DNA of 64,000 nt from Planctomycetota bacterium (GTDB lineage Bacteria > Planctomycetota > UBA1135 > UBA2386): the NCBI GenBank assembly GCA_965228735.1, contig OZ245838.1, forward strand, positions 320,001-384,000, written 5' to 3'. Shown here one piece after another: positions 41,446-51,189 of this stretch. Below the pieces are notes generated by a model. The model searched no databases. It worked only from the letters and a program-made list of their open reading frames with translations, and was not told where the DNA came from. The position numbers and the translations under genes were made by a program. Numbering within the stretch: position 1 is the stretch's first letter; each line of letters starts with the position of its first letter.

Positions 41446-42681
41446 ATGGCGATGCCGTCCCGGATCTCGCGTCGGAGCGTGCTCACCGCGCTCTCCACGG
41501 CGGCGGCCGCGACGGCTGCCGGGTGCGCGACCCGGCAGACGGCGGTGGTGCAGGGGCGCCGCAGCGCGCGCTTCCTGCTGCCGCCCGCGCAGGTCTTCCT
41601 CAACACGGGGTCACTCGGCGCGTCGCCCGAGGCCGTGCTCGATCGGACGCTCGGCGCCTGGCGCACGCTCGAGCTCGAGCCCGTCCACCAGGGCTTCGGC
41701 CCGCTCGTCGCCGAGGCGAACGCGGTGCGCGAACGCGCGGCGGCGCTGCTCGGTGCGACCGCCGCGGATGTGACGATCACCAACAACACGACGGATGGCA
41801 TGCACCTCGTTGCCGAAGGGCTCGCGCTGCGGCCCGGCGATCGGGTTTTGACCACCGACCACGAGCACCCGGGTGGCGAACGCTGCTGGCAGCATGCCGA
41901 GCGCGAGCGCGGTGTCGTGCTCGATCGGATCCGGTTGCCGATGCCGCTCGTGGATCCGGGTACCGTCGTGCAGCTCGTCGCGGAAGCGCTCGCGAAGCAG
42001 CCGCGTACGCGCGTCGTGAGCGTGAGCCACGTGACATCGACGACCGGCACGCGGTTGCCGATCGCGGCGATCGCGCAGGTCGTCCGAGCGCACGGGGCAG
42101 CCTTCGTCGTCGACGGGGCGCAGGCGCCCGGCGCGATTCGCGTCGACGTCACGGAACTCGGTTGCGATGCCTACGCGACGAGCGCGCACAAGTGGCTGCT
42201 CGGTCCCAAGGGCCTCGGTCTGCTGTACATCGCGCCGGCCGCGCGCGACCGCATCCGGCCCGCGCGCCTCGCGGATGGTCCAGGGGTCTACACGGCCGCG
42301 GGGGGCACGGCGCCCGTGCCGGCGATCGTGGGGCTCGGCGCGGCTCTCGAGCTGCACGAAGAACTCGGGCCGACTGCGATCGAGGCCCACAATCTCGCGC
42401 TGCGCGAACGGCTGATCGACGGACTGAGGTCGGTGCCCGAGGCGCGGCTCGTGAGTCCGACGCGTGGTGACCTCGCGGCGCCGATGGTTGCCGTGGCGTT
42501 CGGCGGGTCGATCGACGGTCGGGCGGTGCAGCGGGCGCTCCGCGAGCGGCACGACGTGATCGTGAAGCTCGTGCCCGGCCGTCACTTCAACGGGCTGCGG
42601 TTGTCGATGCATCTCTACAATGCGGCCGAGGACGTAGATCGCGCGCTCGATGCGTTGATCGCGGAGCTGTCGCCGCGGTGA
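41446..42681 (+). CDS. Class V PLP-dependent enzyme (isopenicillin-N-epimerase-like) with Tat/lipoprotein signal
   Basis: 'SRRSVL...AAGC'; 'FLNTGSLG', 'TDHEHP', 'VDGAQ', PLP lysine in 'SAHKWLLGPKG', 'LRLSMHLYN'. Confidence 0.85.
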   Translation: MAMPSRISRRSVLTALSTAAAATAAGCATRQTAVVQGRRSARFLLPPAQVFLNTGSLGASPEAVLDRTLGAWRTLELEPVHQGFGPLVAEANAVRERAAALLGATAADVTITNNTTDGMHLVAEGLALRPGDRVLTTDHEHPGGERCWQHAERERGVVLDRIRLPMPLVDPGTVVQLVAEALAKQPRTRVVSVSHVTSTTGTRLPIAAIAQVVRAHGAAFVVDGAQAPGAIRVDVTELGCDAYATSAHKWLLGPKGLGLLYIAPAARDRIRPARLADGPGVYTAAGGTAPVPAIVGLGAALELHEELGPTAIEAHNLALRERLIDGLRSVPEARLVSPTRGDLAAPMVAVAFGGSIDGRAVQRALRERHDVIVKLVPGRHFNGLRLSMHLYNAAEDVDRALDALIAELSPR

Positions 42682-42836
42682 AGCAGCGCGCGGCGCAATG
42701 CTGTGCAGCGCGCAACACGCTGCGGCTCGAAACGGGTGTGGCCTACCTCGCGCACGGCGGCTTCCAGGAGAACGCGACGGGCGGACAAGGCACGGACACC
42801 GCCTACGGCTACGTGCAGATGCGCTGGCGCTTCTGA
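42678..42836 (+). pseudogene. Remnant or mini-ORF matching the last 40 residues of the adjacent beta-barrel protein
   Basis: 42714-42836 encodes NTLRLETGVAYLAHGGFQENATGGQGTDTAYGYVQMRWRF*, 26/40 identical to 44228-44350; open from GTG 42678. Confidence 0.75.
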
Positions 42837-42922
42837 TCGGCCTGCCGTGTAGCTCTGATGTGTTGCTCTGACGTGGGGGGGTCTGGCATGCTGGGGCCTG
42901 CCGTTTGCCAGTAACCGTGCCT

Positions 42923-44350
42923 ATGGTCCCAAGCCCACTCGCGTGGTTGCCGCCGGCAACCAGGCTCCTCTCTCTCATTGGCCTGGCGTTGGCCGTCGTT
43001 ATCCCGGTCCAAGCCGCGCGGTCCCAGGGAACTCCGGCCCAGGCCAGCAAGCCCTGGAAGTTGCAGAGCCTGCTGCCGAAGGACTCGTGGCTGAAGCTCA
43101 GCGGCGAGTATCGCCTGCGGTGGGAGGGGCTCGACGGTCAGTTCCGGAACAGCGTGACGCAGTCGCGGCTCTCGAGCGACGACAACTTGCTGCTGCAGCG
43201 CACGATCCTGCGCGCGGACGCGGACTTCGACAACGTCGACCTCACCGTCGAGGTCATGGACTCGCGTCACTTCGGGGGCAGCACACGGTCGAGCCTCGAC
43301 ACCCGCAACGTCAACGCGCTCGACTTCCTGCAGGTCTACGCCGAGTTCCAGCTCGGCACCAAGGACTCGGACAGTCACCTGCTGCGGGTCGGGCGGCAGA
43401 CGATGGACTTCGGGGCCCGCCGCTTCGTGGCGCGCAACCGCTATCGCAACACGATCAACTCGTTCCTCGGGGCGGCCTACTGGTGGCACAGCAAGGACGG
43501 CGATGCGAACGCGACGGTGTTCTGGACGCTGCCGACGCTGCGGCGCCCGAGCGATCTCGCCTCCGTCGTCGACAACGAGATCGAACTCGACGACCAGGAC
43601 ATCGACAGCCAGTTCTTCGGCGCGTTCTACCAGCAGAACCTGCCCGAGCGTCACCTCTACGAACTCTATGCCTACGGGCTCTACGAGGACGAGCCCGGGA
43701 CGCGCATGCGGCAGATCTACACGCCGGGCGCGCGGCTCCTGAGGCAGGCGGCGGTCGGGGAGTTCGACTACCAGTTCGACGCGGCCTACCAGTTCGGCGA
43801 CTCACGGCGGTCAGCGGGCGGGCCGGATCTCGATCACGACGCGTGGTTCCAGCACAGTTCGGTCGCCTACACGATCGATGCGCCGTGGCAGCCGCGCGTG
43901 CGGCTCGCGTTCGACTACGTCAGCGGTGATCGCGACCCGAACGACGGCGACAACAACCGATTCGAGAGCCTCTTCGGCGTCCCGCGCTTCGAGTTCGGGG
44001 CAACCGGCATCTTCCGCCCGATCGCACGCGCCAACACGATCTCGCCCGAGCTTCGGGTGATCATGAAGCCGGGCGAGGGGATGAACTGGTTCGTCGCGTG
44101 GCGCGGCCTCTACCTCGCGAGCGAACAGGACGCGTGGACGACCGCGGGCATCACGGATCCGACGGGCAACTCGGGTCGCCACGTCGGCCAGCTGTTCGAG
44201 ACGCGCTTCCGCTGGGACATGTGCGAGAACACGCTGCGCTTCGAGCTCGGCGGCGGCTACATCGCCCACGGCAGCTTCCAGGAACGCGCGCCGGGCAGCC
44301 GGAACACCGACACGGCGTTCGGCTACGCGCAGGTGCGCTGGCGGTTTTGA
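42923..44350 (+). CDS. Alginate-export (AlgE-like) outer-membrane beta-barrel
   Basis: Signal peptide; 'LSGEYRLRWE', 'DFLQVY', 'RVGRQTMDFG..RFVARN.YRN..NSF.G', 'YVSGD.DP.DG.NNRF..LFG'; C-terminal Phe; start uncertain (42905 or 42923). Confidence 0.85.
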   Translation: MVPSPLAWLPPATRLLSLIGLALAVVIPVQAARSQGTPAQASKPWKLQSLLPKDSWLKLSGEYRLRWEGLDGQFRNSVTQSRLSSDDNLLLQRTILRADADFDNVDLTVEVMDSRHFGGSTRSSLDTRNVNALDFLQVYAEFQLGTKDSDSHLLRVGRQTMDFGARRFVARNRYRNTINSFLGAAYWWHSKDGDANATVFWTLPTLRRPSDLASVVDNEIELDDQDIDSQFFGAFYQQNLPERHLYELYAYGLYEDEPGTRMRQIYTPGARLLRQAAVGEFDYQFDAAYQFGDSRRSAGGPDLDHDAWFQHSSVAYTIDAPWQPRVRLAFDYVSGDRDPNDGDNNRFESLFGVPRFEFGATGIFRPIARANTISPELRVIMKPGEGMNWFVAWRGLYLASEQDAWTTAGITDPTGNSGRHVGQLFETRFRWDMCENTLRFELGGGYIAHGSFQERAPGSRNTDTAFGYAQVRWRF

Positions 44351-44377
44351 GTCGCTGCTTGCCCGTGAGGATGGCGT

Positions 44378-46045
44378 TCAACGGTCGGGGCGTTGGATGA
44401 CGCGGCCTGGCAGGGCGCCGGTCGGTTCACCGTTCTCGACGACGAACGTGCCGTTGACGAGCACGTGGACGAAGCCCGTGCACGGCTGATACGGATCGGC
44501 CGCGGTCGCGTGGTCGCGGACCTCGTCGAGGTTCATCACGACGAGGTCGGCGTGCGTCCCGGCGCGGATGACGCCGCGGTCGCGCAAACCGAGGATCTGC
44601 GCCGGCAGCGAAGTCGCGGCGCGGATGGCGTGTTCGACGGTGATCGCGCCACGGTCGAGTGCGTAGTGCCGGATCTTGCGCGCGAACGCGCCGTAGAAGC
44701 GCGGGTGGACGGGACCGTCACCCGGCAAAGCGATGCCGCCGTCCGTGCAGGTGGCAGTCCACGGCTGTGCACCCAGGAGCTCGACGTCGGGCTCCCACAT
44801 CGAGTAGCCGCGAATGCGCGCGCCGCCCCGGCGGTCGCGGTAGCCCTCGAGCTGCAGGGTGATCGCCATCTGCGTCGCGGACCGACCGCGTGCCCTCGCG
44901 AGCTCCGCCAGCGTCTTGCCGATCAGCGTGCGGTCGGGATGATCGAGCACGACGATCTGCTCCGCGCCGCCGCGGCGCATGATCTCGTGCTCGATGTCGC
45001 GGGCGAGGTCGGCCGCGATCGACTCGTCGGCCAACGCCTTCTCGAGCAGTTGAGCGGGTCGAAGGCCATCGCCGTTCTCGCCGACACGCTGCCGCAGCCA
45101 CGAGGGAACGAGCACCACGCGGCCGTCCGTGCCCGACGTGTTGTAGGGGTATTGATCCGCATAGATCCGAACGCCACGGCTCCGCGCCTCGTCGATCAGC
45201 CGGACGATCGCTCCCGCCGAACCCCAGAAGTCCGTACCCTTTACCTTCACGTGGGTCGCGACAACGACCGCGCCCGTGCGTTCGCCGACCTCGATCAGCT
45301 CGCGGATGTTGTCGAGCATGCTCGGCTGCGCCGGCGGGTCGCGGCTCGGCAGGTACCACATCGGCGAAGTGCCGGAGCTGCGTTCGTGGAGGATGTAGAC
45401 GCCGTCGACCGCCGCGACCTCGGCGACGAGTTCGACCATCTCCTCGGTCGTCGCCCACCGGCCGGGCACGTATTCGAGGCCCGCCGAGATGCCGTAGGCG
45501 CCATCCTTCAGTGCCTGTCGCACCGCCGCGGCCATGCGCTCGACCTCGTCGTTCGTGGCCGGGCGCCGGTGATCGCGGCCCATCACCCGTTGTCGGATCG
45601 TGCCGTGGCCGACGAGCAGCGCGGCGTTGACCCCGATGCCGAGCTCGGTGAAGCGCGCGCGTTGCGCCGCGATCGGCGCGTTGCTGCGACCGTCCTGATT
45701 GACGACGACCGTCGTGATGCCCTGGGTCACCAGATTCGTGGCCGCGCGGCGCGCTGCGTCGCGATCGGCGAGCCCGCCGTCGGCGTGGCTGTGCAGATCG
45801 ATGAACCCAGGGGCCACGATGTGCCCTGTGACGTCGAGTCGTCGCTTCGCCGCTTCGTCGGCCAGCCGGCCGACGGCGACGATGCGTCCGCTGCGGATTC
45901 CGACGTCCGCGCGAAACCACGGATTGCCCGAACCGTCGAGCACCCGGCCGCCGGTCAGTACCAGGTCGAACGGTTCGTCCTGGGCGCCGCAGTGCAGGCC
46001 GATGCCGAGGAGGGCGGTGAGCAGCCAGCCGAAGGAGCGCAGCAT
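44378..46045 (-). CDS. N-acyl-D-amino-acid deacylase-like amidohydrolase, exported
   Basis: 'GGRVLDGSG', 'APGFIDLHSH', 'QGITT', 'DQYPY', 'HPRFYG', 'DRGVI..G.HADLV'. Confidence 0.88.
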   Translation of the reverse strand: MLRSFGWLLTALLGIGLHCGAQDEPFDLVLTGGRVLDGSGNPWFRADVGIRSGRIVAVGRLADEAAKRRLDVTGHIVAPGFIDLHSHADGGLADRDAARRAATNLVTQGITTVVVNQDGRSNAPIAAQRARFTELGIGVNAALLVGHGTIRQRVMGRDHRRPATNDEVERMAAAVRQALKDGAYGISAGLEYVPGRWATTEEMVELVAEVAAVDGVYILHERSSGTSPMWYLPSRDPPAQPSMLDNIRELIEVGERTGAVVVATHVKVKGTDFWGSAGAIVRLIDEARSRGVRIYADQYPYNTSGTDGRVVLVPSWLRQRVGENGDGLRPAQLLEKALADESIAADLARDIEHEIMRRGGAEQIVVLDHPDRTLIGKTLAELARARGRSATQMAITLQLEGYRDRRGGARIRGYSMWEPDVELLGAQPWTATCTDGGIALPGDGPVHPRFYGAFARKIRHYALDRGAITVEHAIRAATSLPAQILGLRDRGVIRAGTHADLVVMNLDEVRDHATAADPYQPCTGFVHVLVNGTFVVENGEPTGALPGRVIQRPDR

Positions 46046-46085
46046 GGTCGCACGGTACGCGGGACCCGCCGTACTGCCAGCGCGT

Positions 46086-47138
46086 TCAGCGCCCGGTCGT
46101 CGTGAGTCGGACGCGCATCAGGCAGGAGTCCGCGGTCATGTAGAGTGTGCGACCGTCGTCGCCGAAGCAGCAGTTGCTCGTGCGTTCGCCGGTGCGGATC
46201 GTGCCGAGGTGGTGCCCGTCCGGACTCAGCACGAGCACGCCGCCGGGTCCCGTGGCGAACAGGTTGCCGTGCACGTCGACGGCAAGGCCGTCCGGCATCC
46301 CGGGGTTGTCGGGCACGAGCGCGCTCGCGTCGAAGAACACGCGGCCCTCACCGAGCGAGCCGTCGGCCTGCACCGGGAACGCCATCCAGATCGGCCGCTT
46401 CGGGTCGGAGTTGGCGACGTAGAGCGTTCTCTCGTCGGGCGCGAACGCGATGCCGTTCGGCCGGCTGAGCGCGCGCGACATCAGCGTGACCGTGCCGTCC
46501 GGGGTGACGCGGTACACGCCCTGGAAGTCGATCTCCTTGCTCGGATCCTGCATCTTCCGCGTGAGGCCGTACGGCGGGTCCGTGAAGTAGAGGTCGCCGT
46601 TGCTGTGGAACGCGGCGTCGTTCGGGCTGTTGAAGCGCTTGCCGTCCCAGTGCGTCGCGATCGGCTCGTACTCGGCGCGGGGGTTGCCGAGCGGTGCTTT
46701 CATGCGACCGACCTGGCGCAGCCCGTGCTGGCATAGCACGAGGTTGCCGTCATGGTCGAGCACCAGGCCGTTCGATCCCGGTTCGTCCGGCTTGATGTGC
46801 CCGGGCCGCGGGATCGGGTCGAGGTAGCCGCTCTGCGGCAGATAGACCGACGTGCCGCGACCCGTCTGCCACTTCCAGACCCGGTTGGGCGGGATGTCGG
46901 AGAACAGCAGGTAGCCGCCGTCCTCCGGGATCCACACCGGGCCCTCGGACCAGTCGAAGCCTTCCGCCAGCACCTCGATCTCGGCGTCCGGTGCCACGAG
47001 CGCGTGGATCGCGGGGTCGAGGCGTTCGACGCGGCCGGCGGTGCGGAGCACGTCGGCTGGGTCGTGCACGAAGCCCGAGGCGCAGCTCGCGGCGAGGAGC
47101 GCGAGCGGAAGCGTGGCGATGACGGACGAGGTCTTCAT
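46086..47138 (-). CDS. SMP-30/gluconolactonase family lipoprotein
   Basis: 'WSEGPVW', 'GSNGL', 'FNSPND', 'YFTDPPYG', 'PNGIAF', 'PDGL', 'SNCCFG'. Confidence 0.92.
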   Translation of the reverse strand: MKTSSVIATLPLALLAASCASGFVHDPADVLRTAGRVERLDPAIHALVAPDAEIEVLAEGFDWSEGPVWIPEDGGYLLFSDIPPNRVWKWQTGRGTSVYLPQSGYLDPIPRPGHIKPDEPGSNGLVLDHDGNLVLCQHGLRQVGRMKAPLGNPRAEYEPIATHWDGKRFNSPNDAAFHSNGDLYFTDPPYGLTRKMQDPSKEIDFQGVYRVTPDGTVTLMSRALSRPNGIAFAPDERTLYVANSDPKRPIWMAFPVQADGSLGEGRVFFDASALVPDNPGMPDGLAVDVHGNLFATGPGGVLVLSPDGHHLGTIRTGERTSNCCFGDDGRTLYMTADSCLMRVRLTTTGR

Positions 47139-47154
47139 GGTGTCGATCTTAGGC

Positions 47155-48543
47155 CTACTCGGTTCCCGGCAGAACGCCGAGGGTGTCGAGCAGCTTGTAG
47201 ACGCCGATCGAGCCGGTCGAGATCACGGCGATCCAGAGCGCCGGATCGACCCACGAGCGCTGGGCGAGCTCACGCCGCGTGGCGCGGTAGCGCAGCAGGC
47301 AGACGGCGAGGGCGAGGAACGGCAGGATCGCGGCCTGCGCGATGCCGCCGACGAACACGAGCGTCACGGGTTCGTCGAACAGCAGCGCGACGCTGCACGC
47401 GAAGATCGGCAGCCCGATGCCGAACGCGCGGATCAGGCCGCGCCGGGCGCGGTCGTCGAGCTGGCGCATGCCGAACACGTGCACGGCGTCGGTCAGCACG
47501 CGCGACGTCGATGCGGCCCAGACGAAGAACGTCGAGAACAGCACCGCGACCGCGCCGGCGGCGTAGATCCAGGTGCCCGCATTCTGGCCGAGCCCGGTCG
47601 TGTAGATCACGGACAGCGACTCGTGCAGCGCGTCGCCGTCGACCTCAAGCTCGTTCCGATGCAGGATCGCCGCGCCGAGCAGATAGAACGCGACCGTGCC
47701 GGTCGTGTAGACCGCGCAGGCGATCCACGCATCGAGCTGCATGACCCGGATCCAGCCGCGCGCGCGAACGATCCATTCGGGCGAGCCGTCGGCCGGACCG
47801 ACGTGCCGGGCATAGCCCTTCTCGAGGCACCAGTAGGGATAGAAGACGAGCTCGTTCGCCCCGACGCCCGTGATGCCGAGCACGGCGAACGCCGTGACGA
47901 TTCCGTCGCTCGGGATCGACGGGGTGAGGCCGGTCGCGACATCCTCGCCGCGAATCGCCGCGTCCGTCGTCTGGACGAGGATCGCCGCCACGAGCGTCGA
48001 CAGGGTGAACAGCGTGACGAGCGCGGTGGTGGGGCCCTCGACGAAGCGATAGCGCCCGGTGGCGAGTAGCCCGATCGTGAGCACCGCGAACGCGATCGCC
48101 CAGAGCCAGTCGGGCGCAGCGCCGAGCCAGCTGCCAGTGGTCGATTGGCCGAGCGTCGACAGGTCGAAGACCTTGGCGAGCGCGAGCAGGATGCCGCCGA
48201 TCTGGACGGCCGCGCCGACCGTCATCAGCGCCCACAGCACGTTCAGCCAATTGATGCGACCGTGGCGAACGCGAACCGCCGGCCCTGGCACGCGATCGAA
48301 CGCTTCGAGCACCGTGTGTCCCGACGACACGACGTAACGCCCGAGCTCGATCTGCAGGAAGACCTTGACGACGCACGAGAACAGGATGAGCCAGAGCAGC
48401 GCGAAGCCGACCTCGGCGCCGAGTCTGGTCGTCGCGATCAGTTCACCCGAGCCGACGATCGCGCCCGAGATGATGATCCCGGGGCCGATGCGTCGCAGCC
48501 GACCGAAGAAGGTCGTCGGCGGGTCGAGAACGGTCGTGGCCAA
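47155..48543 (-). CDS. Nramp-like (APC superfamily) transporter
   Basis: 'IGPGII..GAIVGSGELI.TT..GA..GF.LLW', 'GITGVGANE..FYPYW'; about 11 hydrophobic segments. Confidence 0.8.
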   Translation of the reverse strand: MATTVLDPPTTFFGRLRRIGPGIIISGAIVGSGELIATTRLGAEVGFALLWLILFSCVVKVFLQIELGRYVVSSGHTVLEAFDRVPGPAVRVRHGRINWLNVLWALMTVGAAVQIGGILLALAKVFDLSTLGQSTTGSWLGAAPDWLWAIAFAVLTIGLLATGRYRFVEGPTTALVTLFTLSTLVAAILVQTTDAAIRGEDVATGLTPSIPSDGIVTAFAVLGITGVGANELVFYPYWCLEKGYARHVGPADGSPEWIVRARGWIRVMQLDAWIACAVYTTGTVAFYLLGAAILHRNELEVDGDALHESLSVIYTTGLGQNAGTWIYAAGAVAVLFSTFFVWAASTSRVLTDAVHVFGMRQLDDRARRGLIRAFGIGLPIFACSVALLFDEPVTLVFVGGIAQAAILPFLALAVCLLRYRATRRELAQRSWVDPALWIAVISTGSIGVYKLLDTLGVLPGTE

Positions 48544-48555
48544 CGTGCGTGGGCG

Positions 48556-49719
48556 TCAGCGTGCCGGACAGGCGGCGGCGATCAGCTCGCGAATCGCGTC
48601 TCGTGACTTGCCGAGATCGGGGCTGCCCTGCGTCTGGGTGAAGAAGATGCCGACGAGATCACGCTTCGGATCGCACCACGCGAAGGTGCCGTCCGAGCCC
48701 CCGTGAGCGAACGAGCCGTCGTCGCCGACCGTCCAGCCGAACCCGTAGCTGTGGCCCTCGATGTGTTCGGTCTGCGAGCGGGTCGCGGCGGCCGTCATCG
48801 CCGGCGACAGGATCGTCGTCTCACCATGGCGGCCCTGCTGCAGGAACACGCGGCAGAACCGGGCGAAGTCGCGCGCGGTCGAGATCATCCCGCCCGAGCC
48901 TCGCACGAACGGGACCGTGGGCGGATCGCCCGGGCTCCAGCTGCTGCGCCAGCCGTCATTCGCCTTGCGCGCCACGGTCGCCATGCGCGATTGGTCGGCC
49001 GTCGACTCGTGATGGTTGCTGTCGGGCATCCCGATGGGCTCGTAGAACCGCGCTCGACAGAAGCGTTCGAACGGCTGCCCGGACGCGACCTCGACGATCG
49101 CGGCGAGAGTGTTGTAGCCCGGGTTGCTGTACGAGTACGTCGTTCCCGGCTCGACGGCAGGCCCGACCTCCGCGAAGCGCGCGGCCTCGAGCACGAGGTT
49201 CGGCGCCGTCGGGTGGTCGGCCGACGGCCGCATGAGCGGTTGCATGAACAGGGACCGGATGCGGAACCCGCTCGTGTGCGTGAGCAGCTGGCGCACGGTG
49301 ATCGCGCTGGCCTCGCCGTCACCGAACGTCGGCAACCACTTCGACGCCGGGTCGTCGAGTTCGACCTTGCCGTCGTCCACGAGCGCGAGGATCGCGGCCG
49401 CGGTTACGGCCTTGGTGTTCGACGCCATGCGAAAGAGCGTGTCCTGCTGCATCGGCTGCTTGCGAGCGATGTCGCGATGGCCGGCCGCGACGTGCAGGAT
49501 GACCGCGTCGCCGCGCGTGACGAGCAGCACGCCGCCGAGCATGGTGCCGTTCTCGGCGAGCGCGCGGAACGCCGCTGCGGCTGAATCGAGTCTCTCGGCA
49601 TCGCAGCCGACCGCAGCAGGGTCGCGCGAGGGCAGCTCCTGCGCTGGCGCGGACGCGCTGATCGTCGTGACGGCGAGCGCCACGGTGAGCGCGATTCCGA
49701 GGCGAGTTGGACGGATCAT
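48556..49719 (-). CDS. Serine hydrolase, beta-lactamase class C/AmpH-like fold, exported
   Basis: SxxK 'ASNTK', 'LLTHTSG', YxN 'YSN', 'HGG'; signal peptide. Confidence 0.88.
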   Translation of the reverse strand: MIRPTRLGIALTVALAVTTISASAPAQELPSRDPAAVGCDAERLDSAAAAFRALAENGTMLGGVLLVTRGDAVILHVAAGHRDIARKQPMQQDTLFRMASNTKAVTAAAILALVDDGKVELDDPASKWLPTFGDGEASAITVRQLLTHTSGFRIRSLFMQPLMRPSADHPTAPNLVLEAARFAEVGPAVEPGTTYSYSNPGYNTLAAIVEVASGQPFERFCRARFYEPIGMPDSNHHESTADQSRMATVARKANDGWRSSWSPGDPPTVPFVRGSGGMISTARDFARFCRVFLQQGRHGETTILSPAMTAAATRSQTEHIEGHSYGFGWTVGDDGSFAHGGSDGTFAWCDPKRDLVGIFFTQTQGSPDLGKSRDAIRELIAAACPAR

Positions 49720-49753
49720 GGGGCGCCCGTTCTACAACCCCGTGGTCGCGCGG

Positions 49754-51187
<1,434 letters not shown>

Positions 51188-51189
51188 CG

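Noticed and set aside
41446..42681. Cysteine desulfurase (sufS/iscS)
   Set aside because: No catalytic Cys loop motif; has an export signal; no Fe-S genes nearby
42714..44350. Template/variable repeat pair of a diversity-generating retroelement
   Set aside because: Mismatches are not confined to adenines and many are synonymous; the only RT in the window is a group II intron RT
48556..49719. Bona fide beta-lactam resistance gene
   Set aside because: SxxK/YxN motifs are shared by many esterases and peptidases of this fold; no specific evidence
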